Positions 10,565 through 19,793 of a stretch of DNA of 48,975 nucleotides are shown piece after piece. The stretch is from Sulfurimonadaceae bacterium. Lineage in GTDB: Bacteria > Campylobacterota > Campylobacteria > Campylobacterales > Sulfurimonadaceae. Where the stretch lies: positions 1 through 48,975 of the forward strand of contig JBFEXS010000003.1 of NCBI GenBank assembly GCA_041562555.1. Direction: 5' to 3'. Below the pieces are notes generated by a model. That model ran no database searches and was not told the DNA's origin. It worked only from the letters and a program-made list of their open reading frames with translations. Position 1 is the first letter of the stretch. Every line of letters starts with the position of its first letter. The translations under genes and the position numbers were made by a program.

Positions 10565-10792
10565 TTACTTACCAGCGAGTTTTCTTACACGGTCACTCAT
10601 CTGAGCACCAACACCGATCCAGTAGTTCAGACGCTCTTCGTCAATCACTAATGTTGCTGGAGAAACCATCGGGTTGTAGTGTCCGATTTTTTCAATCCAA
10701 CCGCCATCACGTGGTTTACGAGAATCTGTAACTACGATACGATAGAAAGGTTGTTTTTTACGACCCATACGAGTTAAACGAATTACTGTCAT
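10565..10792 (-). CDS. rpsP: 30S ribosomal protein S16
   Basis: [22 protein letters not shown]...RDG...GAQMSDRV. Confidence 0.98.
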   Translation of the reverse strand: MTVIRLTRMGRKKQPFYRIVVTDSRKPRDGGWIEKIGHYNPMVSPATLVIDEERLNYWIGVGAQMSDRVRKLAGK

Positions 10793-10819
10793 ATTGTTCC
10801 TTGAATATAATTTACCAAT

Positions 10820-11060
10820 TGCTGGTTACATCTAAGTCAATATCAAAAAAGTAAGGGGGAAAGTAAAGATAGAAGGCAGTGTAAAACACCACATTATAAA
10901 AACTTTCCTCTTACCGTCTTAATGCAGACGTCACATGTAACCGGCACAAAAGGTTAAAGTGAAGGTTTTAAAAACACTCATTTTAAACTTTGTTCCGATC
11001 ACTTCATTTTCTTATCATAGAGGTACTCTTTAAGAAAATGTCTTTCGAGCCGAAATTATA
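10820..11060 (-). promoter_or_regulatory. rpsP operon promoter (TATAAT, 11060-11055) and long structured 5' leader
   Basis: cgcTATAATttcg -10 element followed by nested and tandem inverted repeats (10820-10946, ~10946-10993, 11005-11040). Confidence 0.5.
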
Positions 11061-11094
11061 GCGAAATTATTGAAAAAAGCCAAGTGCTTCTTCG

Positions 11095-11235
11095 CTATTC
11101 ATGCACCTTGAATATTTTCTTTCCAAAATTTGAGATGTCATTGCCTATGCCGTTAGCTCCATCACTGAACTCTTTTTGAGAACACGCTCCTAATGTCATA
11201 AGAATCATTACAAGAACAGTAAACTGTTTTCTCAT
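11095..11235 (-). CDS. Small lipoprotein (46 aa), entericidin-like architecture
   Basis: AAGGA RBS, MRKQFTVLVMILMTLGAC with lipobox LGAC, short amphipathic tail. Start reassigned from 11304. Confidence 0.7.
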   Translation of the reverse strand: MRKQFTVLVMILMTLGACSQKEFSDGANGIGNDISNFGKKIFKVHE

Positions 11236-11306
11236 TTTTTTCCTTTGATAAAACGGTGCGCAATTGTAGATGATCTTGCAAAGTGTGTCAAGAAATATGC
11301 ACAAAT

Positions 11307-11882
11307 TTAATGCATCGCCTGTTTGTCCATTTTATCAATCTGAATCTGCAATGTGTCCTCATCATAACTATGTCGTATATTCATCTCATCTGCATCATCT
11401 GGCAATTGAAAACTCCGATAAAACCTGTGAGATTGTCGTGCTGTGTTTATATAACCATTCTGATGCACCTGTGAATGTGATTGTAGGTCTGCCTTAACAT
11501 GTAAAAGACGCTTCCGTACGTCAATGGAAATATTCTTTTTGTCGGCACCGGGTAAATGTATTTGAAGGATATAATAGGTGCCTCTGTCTTCTATGACGGA
11601 TGAAGTGAAGTCTGTCGGATCAAAACCGCTGTTCATATCCTTAACGACCTCTCTCATATGTGCTTGCATCTTCCGTAATTCGTCAAAGGGGTCAATCTCT
11701 CTCTTATACGAAAAATCCTTAAATAAATCATCCAGGGGCAGTGACGATTTTTCAATGGGAGCTGTCTCATTCGTTGTATGCTCCTGTTGTAATTGATATA
11801 TAACATACCCCTGAACCAGTATAATCAAAGAAAATAATGCCAGGAGAGCATATAATGTTCTCCTGCCTAACACCCTGTACAC
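11307..11882 (-). CDS. Hsp20/alpha-crystallin protein with an N-terminal membrane anchor
   Basis: Basic N-terminus, hydrophobic helix (LYALLALFSLIILVQGYVIY), DPFDEL, and alpha-crystallin motifs LPGADKKNISI and FYRSFQLP; GTG start. Confidence 0.85.
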   Translation of the reverse strand: MYRVLGRRTLYALLALFSLIILVQGYVIYQLQQEHTTNETAPIEKSSLPLDDLFKDFSYKREIDPFDELRKMQAHMREVVKDMNSGFDPTDFTSSVIEDRGTYYILQIHLPGADKKNISIDVRKRLLHVKADLQSHSQVHQNGYINTARQSHRFYRSFQLPDDADEMNIRHSYDEDTLQIQIDKMDKQAMH

Positions 11883-11893
11883 TTTGTCACCTG

Positions 11894-12322
11894 TTATTTA
11901 ATAGTGATCGTCTTGACATCATCCACTTTTTCAAGCTTAGGGATGACAACTTCCAAGACGCCATTCTCACTGCTCGCTTCGATATTTTCAAGATCGATAT
12001 TCTCAGGCAGATCAAAACTGCGGGTAAACTTGCCAAAACTGGTTTCAACTCTGTAATAGTCTTCTTCTTTGACTTCATCTTTAAAGTTGCGTTCTCCCGA
12101 AATAGTCAATCTTCCGTCTTTGATATCCACTTTGATATCTTCTTTCTTCACTCCGGGAAGATCTATATCAAGATGATATGCAAATTCACCCTCGCGTGTG
12201 TTAACATTTGGTGCAAAGGTACTCAGTCCGTCTTCTTGAACCGCACCCTTCGAATAGTTCTCGAGGAAACGATGTTCCAGATTTCTTAATTCTCTAAATG
12301 GATCAAAACGTGTAATCAACAT
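11894..12322 (-). CDS. Hsp20 family small heat-shock protein
   Basis: FDPFREL, DLPGVKKEDI, FGKFTRSFDLP, ENGVLEVVIPK, C-terminal IxI motif. Confidence 0.95.
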   Translation of the reverse strand: MLITRFDPFRELRNLEHRFLENYSKGAVQEDGLSTFAPNVNTREGEFAYHLDIDLPGVKKEDIKVDIKDGRLTISGERNFKDEVKEEDYYRVETSFGKFTRSFDLPENIDLENIEASSENGVLEVVIPKLEKVDDVKTITIK

Positions 12323-12374
12323 AATATACTCCTTTGTGTATCTTCACGATACATCTGTTTTTATTTCAAGAGTA

Positions 12375-12416
12375 ATTATAAAAAAGAAAAAAAATAAGTT
12401 CTGCCACTTAAGTGGC
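12375..12416 (-). promoter_or_regulatory. hsp20 promoter: palindrome GCCACTTAAGTGGC (12403-12416) and -10 TATAAT (12380-12375)
   Basis: Perfect 14-bp palindrome centred 29.5 bp upstream of the -10 hexamer edge (about -41.5), directly after a Crp/Fnr gene. Confidence 0.65.
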
Positions 12417-13084
12417 TAAAAGTTCAATTTATCCAGAAGTTTTTGAAGGCTCGTAAGTTTCAGCTGTTTTCGTGAAACGTCAATGACCCCCTCTTGTTTT
12501 AACTGCTGCAGGGCCCTGTTAACTACTTTGCGTACAGAACCGACCATCGATGCGATCTCCTCATGGGAGAAGTTCTCCAAAAGCCTGAGATTCGGCTTGG
12601 ATTCAGAACGATCCACAAAACGGGCAAATAGACGAATGATGCGCTGATATACGCTGTACAAGGAAAGGTCGACTGCCAGGTTTTCCATTGATCGCAATTG
12701 TTCCGCGACATAAGGGAAAAAGAAACTTTGAAAACTTGGGTCCTTGTGCAACAGTTCCCGTACAGTCTTCAAAGGAACAGCGATGACTTCACTGCGTTCC
12801 AAAACTTCAATGATATAGTCGTGGGGGTTACCGTCAAGAAGTGTCGTCACTTCGAACATGTCTCCGCTGCTTAACAGGTACAGCGTCTGCTCATGCCCGT
12901 TTTCAAGATTGATCTCGGAGACTTTGATTTTTCCTGAAATGATAAAGTAAAAATACCGGGTGGTATCAAAATTATTCTCACCTTTTTCAAAGACAAGGTG
13001 ATGCTGGGTCTCAATCTGAGGAAGCTTTTTAGACTTTTCAAGCTCTTTCAAGATCAGTGCATTATTTTGCAGTGCATCATCCAT
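12416..13084 (-). CDS. Crp/Fnr family transcriptional regulator
   Basis: FYFIISGKIKV...LSSGDMF cNMP fold; HTH SHEEIASMVGSVRKVVNRAL. Confidence 0.9.
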   Translation of the reverse strand: MDDALQNNALILKELEKSKKLPQIETQHHLVFEKGENNFDTTRYFYFIISGKIKVSEINLENGHEQTLYLLSSGDMFEVTTLLDGNPHDYIIEVLERSEVIAVPLKTVRELLHKDPSFQSFFFPYVAEQLRSMENLAVDLSLYSVYQRIIRLFARFVDRSESKPNLRLLENFSHEEIASMVGSVRKVVNRALQQLKQEGVIDVSRKQLKLTSLQKLLDKLNF

Positions 13085-13108
13085 CTTGAAACTCCTTCAT
13101 CAGAAATA

Positions 13109-14461
13109 TTATCTAGGCAATCCACCCATCTTACCGCCCTGCATCTGGCTCATCATATTCTGAAGATCTTGCATCCCTTTTTTTCCGGAGAACTTCTTCG
13201 CCATTTTCGAAGCATTTTTAAACTGTTTAAGCACACGGTTTACATCCATTGCATCCATCCCGCAACCTTTGGCAATACGCTGCTTTCGTGAATTGTTCAG
13301 CAGATCCGGGTTTTCACGTTCTTTCATCGTCATAGAACTCACCATCGCCTTGATATTCTTAAGTTCGGAAGAGTTTTCAAGATCGAAGTTTTTAAGTGCA
13401 TCACCCATCGCACCCATACCCGGCATCATACCGATAAGGGACTTCATGCTCCCCATCTTCTTCATGCTTTCCATCTGATCCAAAAAGTCGTTGAAGTTAA
13501 ATTGACCTTTCTTGATCTTTTTGGTCATCTCTTTGGCTTTCTTCTCATCGATGACGTTTGCTGTCTTCTCAGCCAGTCCCTCGATATCACCATACCCCAT
13601 CAAACGATTAACAATACGATCAGGGATAAATACTTCAAGGTCCGGCATCTTCTCGCCGTTACCGATAAAGCGAAGCGGTACATTTACCTGAGAAGCGATA
13701 CCAAGGGCCACACCGCCTTTAGAATCACCGTCATATTTTGAAAGAATTACCCCGTCAATCCCGATCTGTTCATTAAAGCTTGATGCTGTTCGCACAGAGT
13801 CCTGACCCGTCAATGAATCTGCGACGTAAAAGACTTCATCGGGATTCACCGCCTCTTTAACGGCCTTGAGTTCATTCATCAGCTCTTCATCGATTGCCAA
13901 ACGTCCCGCGGTATCGATAAGAAGGACATCATATAGTCCCTCTTCTGCCTTTTTCATTGCAGCTGTGGCTATCTTTACAGGATCTTTCTCATTTTCATCG
14001 GCATAAACGTCTACTTCAACGGATGCACCAACCTGTTTTAACTGTTCAACGGCTGCCATACGCTGAAGGTCGGCTGCGGCGACAAGGACTTTTTTCTGTT
14101 TTGATTTCAAATAGTATGCGAGCTTACCCGTTGTCGTTGTCTTACCCGAACCCTGAAGACCCATCATAAGGATCGTGGTCGGTGGCTTGGATGCAAATAC
14201 AAAACCCTGATGACCCGGTACCAGTAACAGCTCATGCAGGCGTGTTTGCATCGAATTTAAAAACTGGTCTTTCCCGATACCTGCTTGCTTGACATCGATC
14301 TCTACATCTGCAAGAAGTTGTTTGACCACCTTGTGATTGACGTCGGCTTTAAGAAGGTTTTTCTTTAACTCTGCCAGTGCCTTTTTCAGCGCTTTTTCAT
14401 CATCATGAAAACGAATCTTTTTAATGGCAGAGGTAAATGAAGAGGTAAGTGTATCAAACAT
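13109..14461 (-). CDS. ffh: Signal recognition particle protein Ffh
   Basis: GLQGSGKTTT, DTAGRL, SKYDGDSKGG, Met-rich M domain. Confidence 0.98.
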   Translation of the reverse strand: MFDTLTSSFTSAIKKIRFHDDEKALKKALAELKKNLLKADVNHKVVKQLLADVEIDVKQAGIGKDQFLNSMQTRLHELLLVPGHQGFVFASKPPTTILMMGLQGSGKTTTTGKLAYYLKSKQKKVLVAAADLQRMAAVEQLKQVGASVEVDVYADENEKDPVKIATAAMKKAEEGLYDVLLIDTAGRLAIDEELMNELKAVKEAVNPDEVFYVADSLTGQDSVRTASSFNEQIGIDGVILSKYDGDSKGGVALGIASQVNVPLRFIGNGEKMPDLEVFIPDRIVNRLMGYGDIEGLAEKTANVIDEKKAKEMTKKIKKGQFNFNDFLDQMESMKKMGSMKSLIGMMPGMGAMGDALKNFDLENSSELKNIKAMVSSMTMKERENPDLLNNSRKQRIAKGCGMDAMDVNRVLKQFKNASKMAKKFSGKKGMQDLQNMMSQMQGGKMGGLPR

Positions 14462-14551
14462 AATTTATTTCCTATTTTGCATACTGGTTAATTGGATGAA
14501 ATTATAGTAAAAGCTTACTTTAGTGTCTCTAAAAAGTTCTTATATGACTTA

Positions 14552-14968
14552 TTATATATCACTTTTTAACAATGTCTGTATGTATTCTGGAAGATTTGGC
14601 CGCAATACGGCTCCCAAAGGTATGCTGTTGCCGTCCTCGTCAATAGCGACAAATTTGAACTGTGCTGTTGTCACGTCCTTCTCTTCTACGGTTATATGAT
14701 CGACTACACTCATATCTACATTAATCGTAATCGAGCTTCTTCCCAAGGCGACGATCTCTGTGTAGATAATGAAGATATTCCCGTTTTGTACCGGTTTTTT
14801 GAAGTTAATCTCCGAAACATGTACTGTGACGGCTTTGCCTCGGATGATACTCTCTACAGCTATACTGCAGGCCTTGTCCATCTTTGACATAATCCATCCA
14901 CCGAATACGCTTCCATGGTGATTCAGATCTGAGGGGAACACCCTCCCTTTAAGTGATAATTCGCGCAT
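14552..14968 (-). CDS. Acyl-CoA thioesterase (HotDog fold, YciA-like)
   Basis: PSDLNHHGSVFGGWIMSKMD, GRSSI, FVAIDEDG. Confidence 0.9.
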   Translation of the reverse strand: MRELSLKGRVFPSDLNHHGSVFGGWIMSKMDKACSIAVESIIRGKAVTVHVSEINFKKPVQNGNIFIIYTEIVALGRSSITINVDMSVVDHITVEEKDVTTAQFKFVAIDEDGNSIPLGAVLRPNLPEYIQTLLKSDI

Positions 14969-15049
14969 ATTATTCCTTTACATAAGAAATGGGCTATCTC
15001 TAATTGTACAGGCTGTAAAATCTATATGAAACGATATTATGATGAAGAT

Positions 15050-15805
15050 TTAATCTCCGCCACCGATATGTCTGTACTCTTTCGGTTCAGGCGAGGTAAA
15101 CTCCATATCAAACAACCGCATCTTATGGGCGTGCAGCATCATGCGTTTCATCCTGCGTCCCCCATAAAGCTCATCCCCCATTATCGGAAGGTTCTCACTT
15201 CTAAGGTGTACCCTGATCTGGTGTGTACGACCTTCATGAATCACCAGTTTGATTTTTGACTTGTGATTTACCACCATCAAAGGATACACCTCTGTACGCG
15301 CAGGTTTCCCTTTGGAGGCTGATATCTTGGACTTCGCCTTGTTATTATGCTTTTCCGTCAAGATCGGCTTATTGATCTCAAACTCCTCGATCACGTCACC
15401 ATCAACCCAGGCAATATACTCTTTATAGACACGATCGTGCTTGAACTCCTCAATCGCCTTAAGGCGGAACTCCTCGTTCTTACACAAAACCAGGACGCCT
15501 GAGGTCTCGCGGTCAAGCCGATGCAATAATCTTGCACCTTTATATTTCTTTTCAATCTCTTCAGAACTTAAAAAAGCCGGTTTATCGACCACAAGCAGAT
15601 CTTCATTCTCAAAGATCACCTTGATTTTGGCGATCTCTTCCACACGAAACTTGGTCTTGACAGAGATATTGGCTCTGGCAATGACCACCTTTCGATTACC
15701 GGCGTACACCAATCCTTTATCTATCAGCTCTTTCGCCTTGGAATTGGAGATACCTTCTTGTTCTGCTAATACCTTATAGGCCTTGTCTTCTGTTATCTTG
15801 CTCAT
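15050..15805 (-). CDS. RluA family RNA pseudouridine synthase with an N-terminal S4-like domain
   Basis: VDKPA, HRLDRETSG (catalytic Asp), GRTHQIRVH, PIMGDELYG, MLHA. Confidence 0.93.
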   Translation of the reverse strand: MSKITEDKAYKVLAEQEGISNSKAKELIDKGLVYAGNRKVVIARANISVKTKFRVEEIAKIKVIFENEDLLVVDKPAFLSSEEIEKKYKGARLLHRLDRETSGVLVLCKNEEFRLKAIEEFKHDRVYKEYIAWVDGDVIEEFEINKPILTEKHNNKAKSKISASKGKPARTEVYPLMVVNHKSKIKLVIHEGRTHQIRVHLRSENLPIMGDELYGGRRMKRMMLHAHKMRLFDMEFTSPEPKEYRHIGGGD

Positions 15806-17047
15806 TTATGTTTGACTTCCTTCAAATTCAATTCTGTTTCTTCCATTTTCTTTGGCCTGATATAAATAACTATCTGCCATCCTTATGACTGCCTCACAGC
15901 CGCCTTTTAGCGTCTCTGCGACTCCCGCTGAAAAACGCAATGACATCGTGCGTCCATTTACATCGCTGAAACTGGCTTCCTGTACATCCTGTCGTAACAT
16001 CTCCAGTTTCAACACCGCTTTTTTTGTATTCATATTAGGGAAAACAATGAGAAACTCTTCCCCTCCGATTCGAATGATGTTGTTTATATCAAAATGGTTC
16101 AGAAGCTGTACAGCGAAAAATTTCAAGGCCAAATCTCCCGTGTGATGCCCGTAATTGTCATTTATCTCCTTAAAATGATCGATATCGATGATTGCTAAAG
16201 CATTTGTCTCGTTCTTTTCCCTCGTGATCTCTTCCAGGCGGCTTTCCATATAATAACGGTTATAAAGACCTGTCAGATGGTCCGTTGATGCACTCTCTTT
16301 GGCTTCTCGCAACATCTCGAGGTTGTTCAGACTTAAATTGATTCGGCAAAAAAACTCTTCTCGTGAGAAAGGTTTCAAAATATAATCATTGGCACCGGCT
16401 TTTAAAAAACGTGCAATAATAGACTCGTTCCCTACTGCCGACAGAATGATCGCCGGTAATTCATCGATGGCATACTCTTTTCTTAGGTGTTTTAAAAACT
16501 CCAGACCATCCATGTTCGGCATATTATAATCTGTCAGCACCAAATCGATCTCACCCGGTTTTTCTTTGATAATATCCAAAGCTTCCTGCCCGTCGTTTGC
16601 CGTTATCACACCAAGCCCCTGAAGCTCCAACAAAGAGACGATATGATTGCGAATAGAGAGCGAGTCTTCTACCACTAGAACCGACATACGCTCGTTCATT
16701 CTAAGCCTGTGAATAACATTGAGCAAATAGGAGAAATCTGCACTGTCACTCTTGATGACATAATCGACTATATCCAAAGCCGTTATCTTTTTTCGGGTCA
16801 GATCGTCTTCAAAACTTGTCGTCACGACAACTTTATGATCGGTACACACCTCTTCAATAAATTCTCCTTCCGAATCCGGAAGTATCAAATCGACAACAAG
16901 AAGATCATAGGAATGTTCCGACAACTTTTGTCTCGCCTCCTTTGCAGAGCTTGCGATATCAACTTTAAACGAGAACCTCTTATAGATCGTATGTGACATC
17001 AACTTGGCAAAAAAATCATTATCTTCGACAATGAGTATTTTATACAT
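15806..17047 (-). CDS. Response-regulator diguanylate cyclase (REC-REC-GGDEF, CbrR/PleD-like)
   Basis: Two receiver domains with phospho-Asp (VVDLILP, LTDYNMP), DHLTGLYNR, DIDHFKEIND, RIGGEEF, AKENGRN. Start placed at ATG 17047 from GGAG spacing. Confidence 0.9.
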   Translation of the reverse strand: MYKILIVEDNDFFAKLMSHTIYKRFSFKVDIASSAKEARQKLSEHSYDLLVVDLILPDSEGEFIEEVCTDHKVVVTTSFEDDLTRKKITALDIVDYVIKSDSADFSYLLNVIHRLRMNERMSVLVVEDSLSIRNHIVSLLELQGLGVITANDGQEALDIIKEKPGEIDLVLTDYNMPNMDGLEFLKHLRKEYAIDELPAIILSAVGNESIIARFLKAGANDYILKPFSREEFFCRINLSLNNLEMLREAKESASTDHLTGLYNRYYMESRLEEITREKNETNALAIIDIDHFKEINDNYGHHTGDLALKFFAVQLLNHFDINNIIRIGGEEFLIVFPNMNTKKAVLKLEMLRQDVQEASFSDVNGRTMSLRFSAGVAETLKGGCEAVIRMADSYLYQAKENGRNRIEFEGSQT

Positions 17048-18221
17048 GATCATACGCTCCAATCATTGTAAAGACCTCATTCAGGTCTACTTCTTCTTCT
17101 ACATAAGAGGCCGGCATATCCAAAGCGAGTGTGAATGCTTCGGCCAGTTTGTCGTCTTCAATCAATTGAGCATGCTTGACATACTTAAAAAGCTCGATCT
17201 GATTAAAGATACGTTTTCCAGAGATGATCTTACATCCAAAAGCAACCGGTTCCAGCGGATTATGTCCGCCTATAGGAGCAAAGCCACCGCCTAATACGGC
17301 GATATCACTTACCGCATACATATTATTCAGCTCGCCCATCCTATCCACCAAGATCAGATCCGAATTCAAGCTTTCATCCCCATCCAAACGCGTATAACTA
17401 AGGCTATTGTTCTTTGCAACAGATTCCATCATCTCGCCTACCGCCTTAAAACGCTCCGGATGCCGAGGCACGATAATCAGATGTGCCTTTTCCTGATATG
17501 ATTTCTTAAAGGCTAAAAAAGCCTCTAAAATCAATTCCTCTTCTCCTTCATGGGTACTCCCGGCTACAATATTCAAGCCCTCAGCTTTAGTATACTCCTG
17601 ACTTGCTTGTATCTTTTGGGCCAATTTGATATTACCGACAATTTTTAAGTTTTTTGCCCCTAAGGCTTCAAAACGTTCCTTGTCCACGCTGCTTTGAACA
17701 TAGATGGTATCGATATACCTGATCAAACGGGAATAAAACCATTTCATCTTCAGATATTTAGGGTATGAACGGTCTGAAATACGGGCATTGAGCAAAACAG
17801 TCTTTGTTCCCAGACTTGATGCGACTACAAAAAGCATGTACCAAAGTTCTGCTTCCAGGACGATCAAAACCCTTTGCCGTCGTTGCCAAAAAGGCATAAA
17901 CAGTTCAAAAGGCAAATAACGTACTTGGGCACTTTTATACGCAGATGCCGCAGAAAAACCCGTGTGTGTTATCACCGAGATATTGACCTGGGCATGCTCA
18001 ATCTTCTCGATTAAAGGCGAAAGTGCTTTCACCTCACCAAGGCTACAGGCATGAAACCAGATCCCCTCGTCTTTAAAAGGAGGTGTCCTCTTTAAGAAAA
18101 AACGTGAGGGCAATGAATCCCTGTATTTCGATTTAAAAGAAAAATATACAATGACTGGAATAGAGATAATATAAATGACGATACTAAGCAGGTAGTATAA
18201 AAAGAAAAAAGGTGTTCTCAA
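17040..18221 (-). CDS. waaA: Kdo transferase WaaA (KdtA)
   Basis: WFHACSLGE, RYLPFE, GNIK, GSTHEGEE, VPRHPERF, GGHNPLEP; TTG start. Confidence 0.96.
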   Translation of the reverse strand: MRTPFFFLYYLLSIVIYIISIPVIVYFSFKSKYRDSLPSRFFLKRTPPFKDEGIWFHACSLGEVKALSPLIEKIEHAQVNISVITHTGFSAASAYKSAQVRYLPFELFMPFWQRRQRVLIVLEAELWYMLFVVASSLGTKTVLLNARISDRSYPKYLKMKWFYSRLIRYIDTIYVQSSVDKERFEALGAKNLKIVGNIKLAQKIQASQEYTKAEGLNIVAGSTHEGEEELILEAFLAFKKSYQEKAHLIIVPRHPERFKAVGEMMESVAKNNSLSYTRLDGDESLNSDLILVDRMGELNNMYAVSDIAVLGGGFAPIGGHNPLEPVAFGCKIISGKRIFNQIELFKYVKHAQLIEDDKLAEAFTLALDMPASYVEEEVDLNEVFTMIGAYDHV

Positions 18222-18271
18222 GGGTATGCCCTCGCTAGTTCATTGCATCATCCCAAGGATGATGTATAGGG

Positions 18272-18991
18272 TTATGCCGATGCTTCTTCCGTCTCGATAT
18301 AAAGGATACGTCCACAGTGTGGGCAAGTAGTGATCTCTTCACCCTTGATCACTTCCGCATAAGTCTTGTCATTGATCGTTAAAAAACAACCGTAACAAGC
18401 TTGGTTTTTCACTTCAACCGCAGTCGTGTTCTTAGCCCAACGACGGATCTTTTGATAGAATGAAAGACCTTTTTGGTTCATTTGGGAGATAAGTTTGTCT
18501 TTTCGAATAAAGACTTTTTGACGCTCGTTATTGATCTCTGTCAGGATAGCATCAACCTCTGCTTTAACTTCTTCAGTCTTCGCTTCTGCATCTGCTATTG
18601 ACGCTTTTTGTGCTTCGATCAACTCTTCTTTAGTCTCGATTACTTTTTCCAAACGCGCGATCTCTTCGTTTGCAAAGTTAACCTGCTCTTTAGCGATCTC
18701 TTCCTCAAGCTGAAGCGATTTCATCTCACGTTCAGTCTTGATCTCTGCACTTTTCTTTGCATTTTCACTTAACTTTTCAGTCAGTTCAGCGAGATGAAGT
18801 TCGTTTTTCTGCTTTTTGAGTTGCTCGTTCTTGATCTCTTCTTCTAAAGCAGAGATTTGAGCTGAAATGCTCTCTTTGGTAGCAAGCACAGTCTCGTATT
18901 TATGATTTGCCTCTTCGATCTTCGGCTCAAACGCATCGATCTCTTTATCGATTTTTGACAAGTCTACTAGCTGTTGTAGGTGCTTATTCAT
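18272..18991 (-). CDS. Coiled-coil C4 zinc-ribbon protein (HP0958/CT398-like)
   Basis: Long coiled coil, then CYGC...CPHCGRILY; lies between nif3 and waaA. Confidence 0.9.
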   Translation of the reverse strand: MNKHLQQLVDLSKIDKEIDAFEPKIEEANHKYETVLATKESISAQISALEEEIKNEQLKKQKNELHLAELTEKLSENAKKSAEIKTEREMKSLQLEEEIAKEQVNFANEEIARLEKVIETKEELIEAQKASIADAEAKTEEVKAEVDAILTEINNERQKVFIRKDKLISQMNQKGLSFYQKIRRWAKNTTAVEVKNQACYGCFLTINDKTYAEVIKGEEITTCPHCGRILYIETEEASA

Positions 18992-19003
18992 TATTTTCCT
19001 TAA

Positions 19004-19726
19004 TTAAATATAGGTAAAGGGGTTCTTTGATGATGAAATTATAACGCTTATTCCTAAATTTTCCAAATCTTTTGCCAAAACTTCTCCAAAATAGCGCTCG
19101 CTTTCAAAATGTCCGATATCAATCATAGACAAACCGATCGTTTTTGCCTCCATGGCATCATGATACTTAATATCGCCGGTCAAAAAGCAGTCCGCCTTGA
19201 TCTGCTTCATCAGTGAAGCCCCCGATCCTGTTGTCAATGCCACTCGCTTGATCTTCTCATGATTTTTCACACATCTGATATGTTCAAGACCAAACCGTTG
19301 TGCTATCTCCTTGGCAAACTGATCAAAATCCTCATCAACATCAATATAAGCGACAAACCCCTCTTTCTCGTTTATCTCATACCCAAGGACCTGTGTCGCG
19401 ACATACGCATTCAGATGAGTCTGGTCAAAATTGGTATGCATCGCGATATTGGAGATGTTCTTTTGTAGCATTGTCTGTAAGAGCTTAGCCGGATACTGGT
19501 TAAACTGCAGTTGTTTCAATCCCCCAAATATGATTGGATGATGTGTGATCACAAGAGTGTTCTCATCTAGGTTTTCCAACAACTCCTCATCTATATCTAT
19601 ACTCAGTACAATCTGCTTGACCTCATTACTCCAATCACCTACCAAAAGACCTGAATTATCCCATGACTCCTGAAGTTCGAAAGGAGAAAGCGCATCAAGA
19701 ATTTTATAAATTTCATCAACTCGCAT
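19004..19726 (-). CDS. Nif3-like dinuclear metal-centre protein
   Basis: QESWDNSGL, ITHHP, MHTNFD, TGDIKYH, GHFESE. Confidence 0.95.
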   Translation of the reverse strand: MRVDEIYKILDALSPFELQESWDNSGLLVGDWSNEVKQIVLSIDIDEELLENLDENTLVITHHPIIFGGLKQLQFNQYPAKLLQTMLQKNISNIAMHTNFDQTHLNAYVATQVLGYEINEKEGFVAYIDVDEDFDQFAKEIAQRFGLEHIRCVKNHEKIKRVALTTGSGASLMKQIKADCFLTGDIKYHDAMEAKTIGLSMIDIGHFESERYFGEVLAKDLENLGISVIISSSKNPFTYI

Positions 19727-19793
19727 AACATTTCCTTAACTTTACATAAGGTATTCTATACAAGTTCAAATTAAAACTTAGCAATAAAGAAAT

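Noticed and set aside
10820..10946. Long stem with internal bubble considered as 6S RNA or SRP RNA (near ffh)
   Set aside because: About 125 nt is short for 6S, and the SRP domain IV motif (CAGG...GNRA...AGCAG) is not evident; kept only as an unassigned structured RNA.
18244..18266. Hairpin CATCATCC-CAA-GGATGATG between the zinc-ribbon gene and waaA
   Set aside because: Single copy with no U-tract; probably an ordinary intercistronic stability element.
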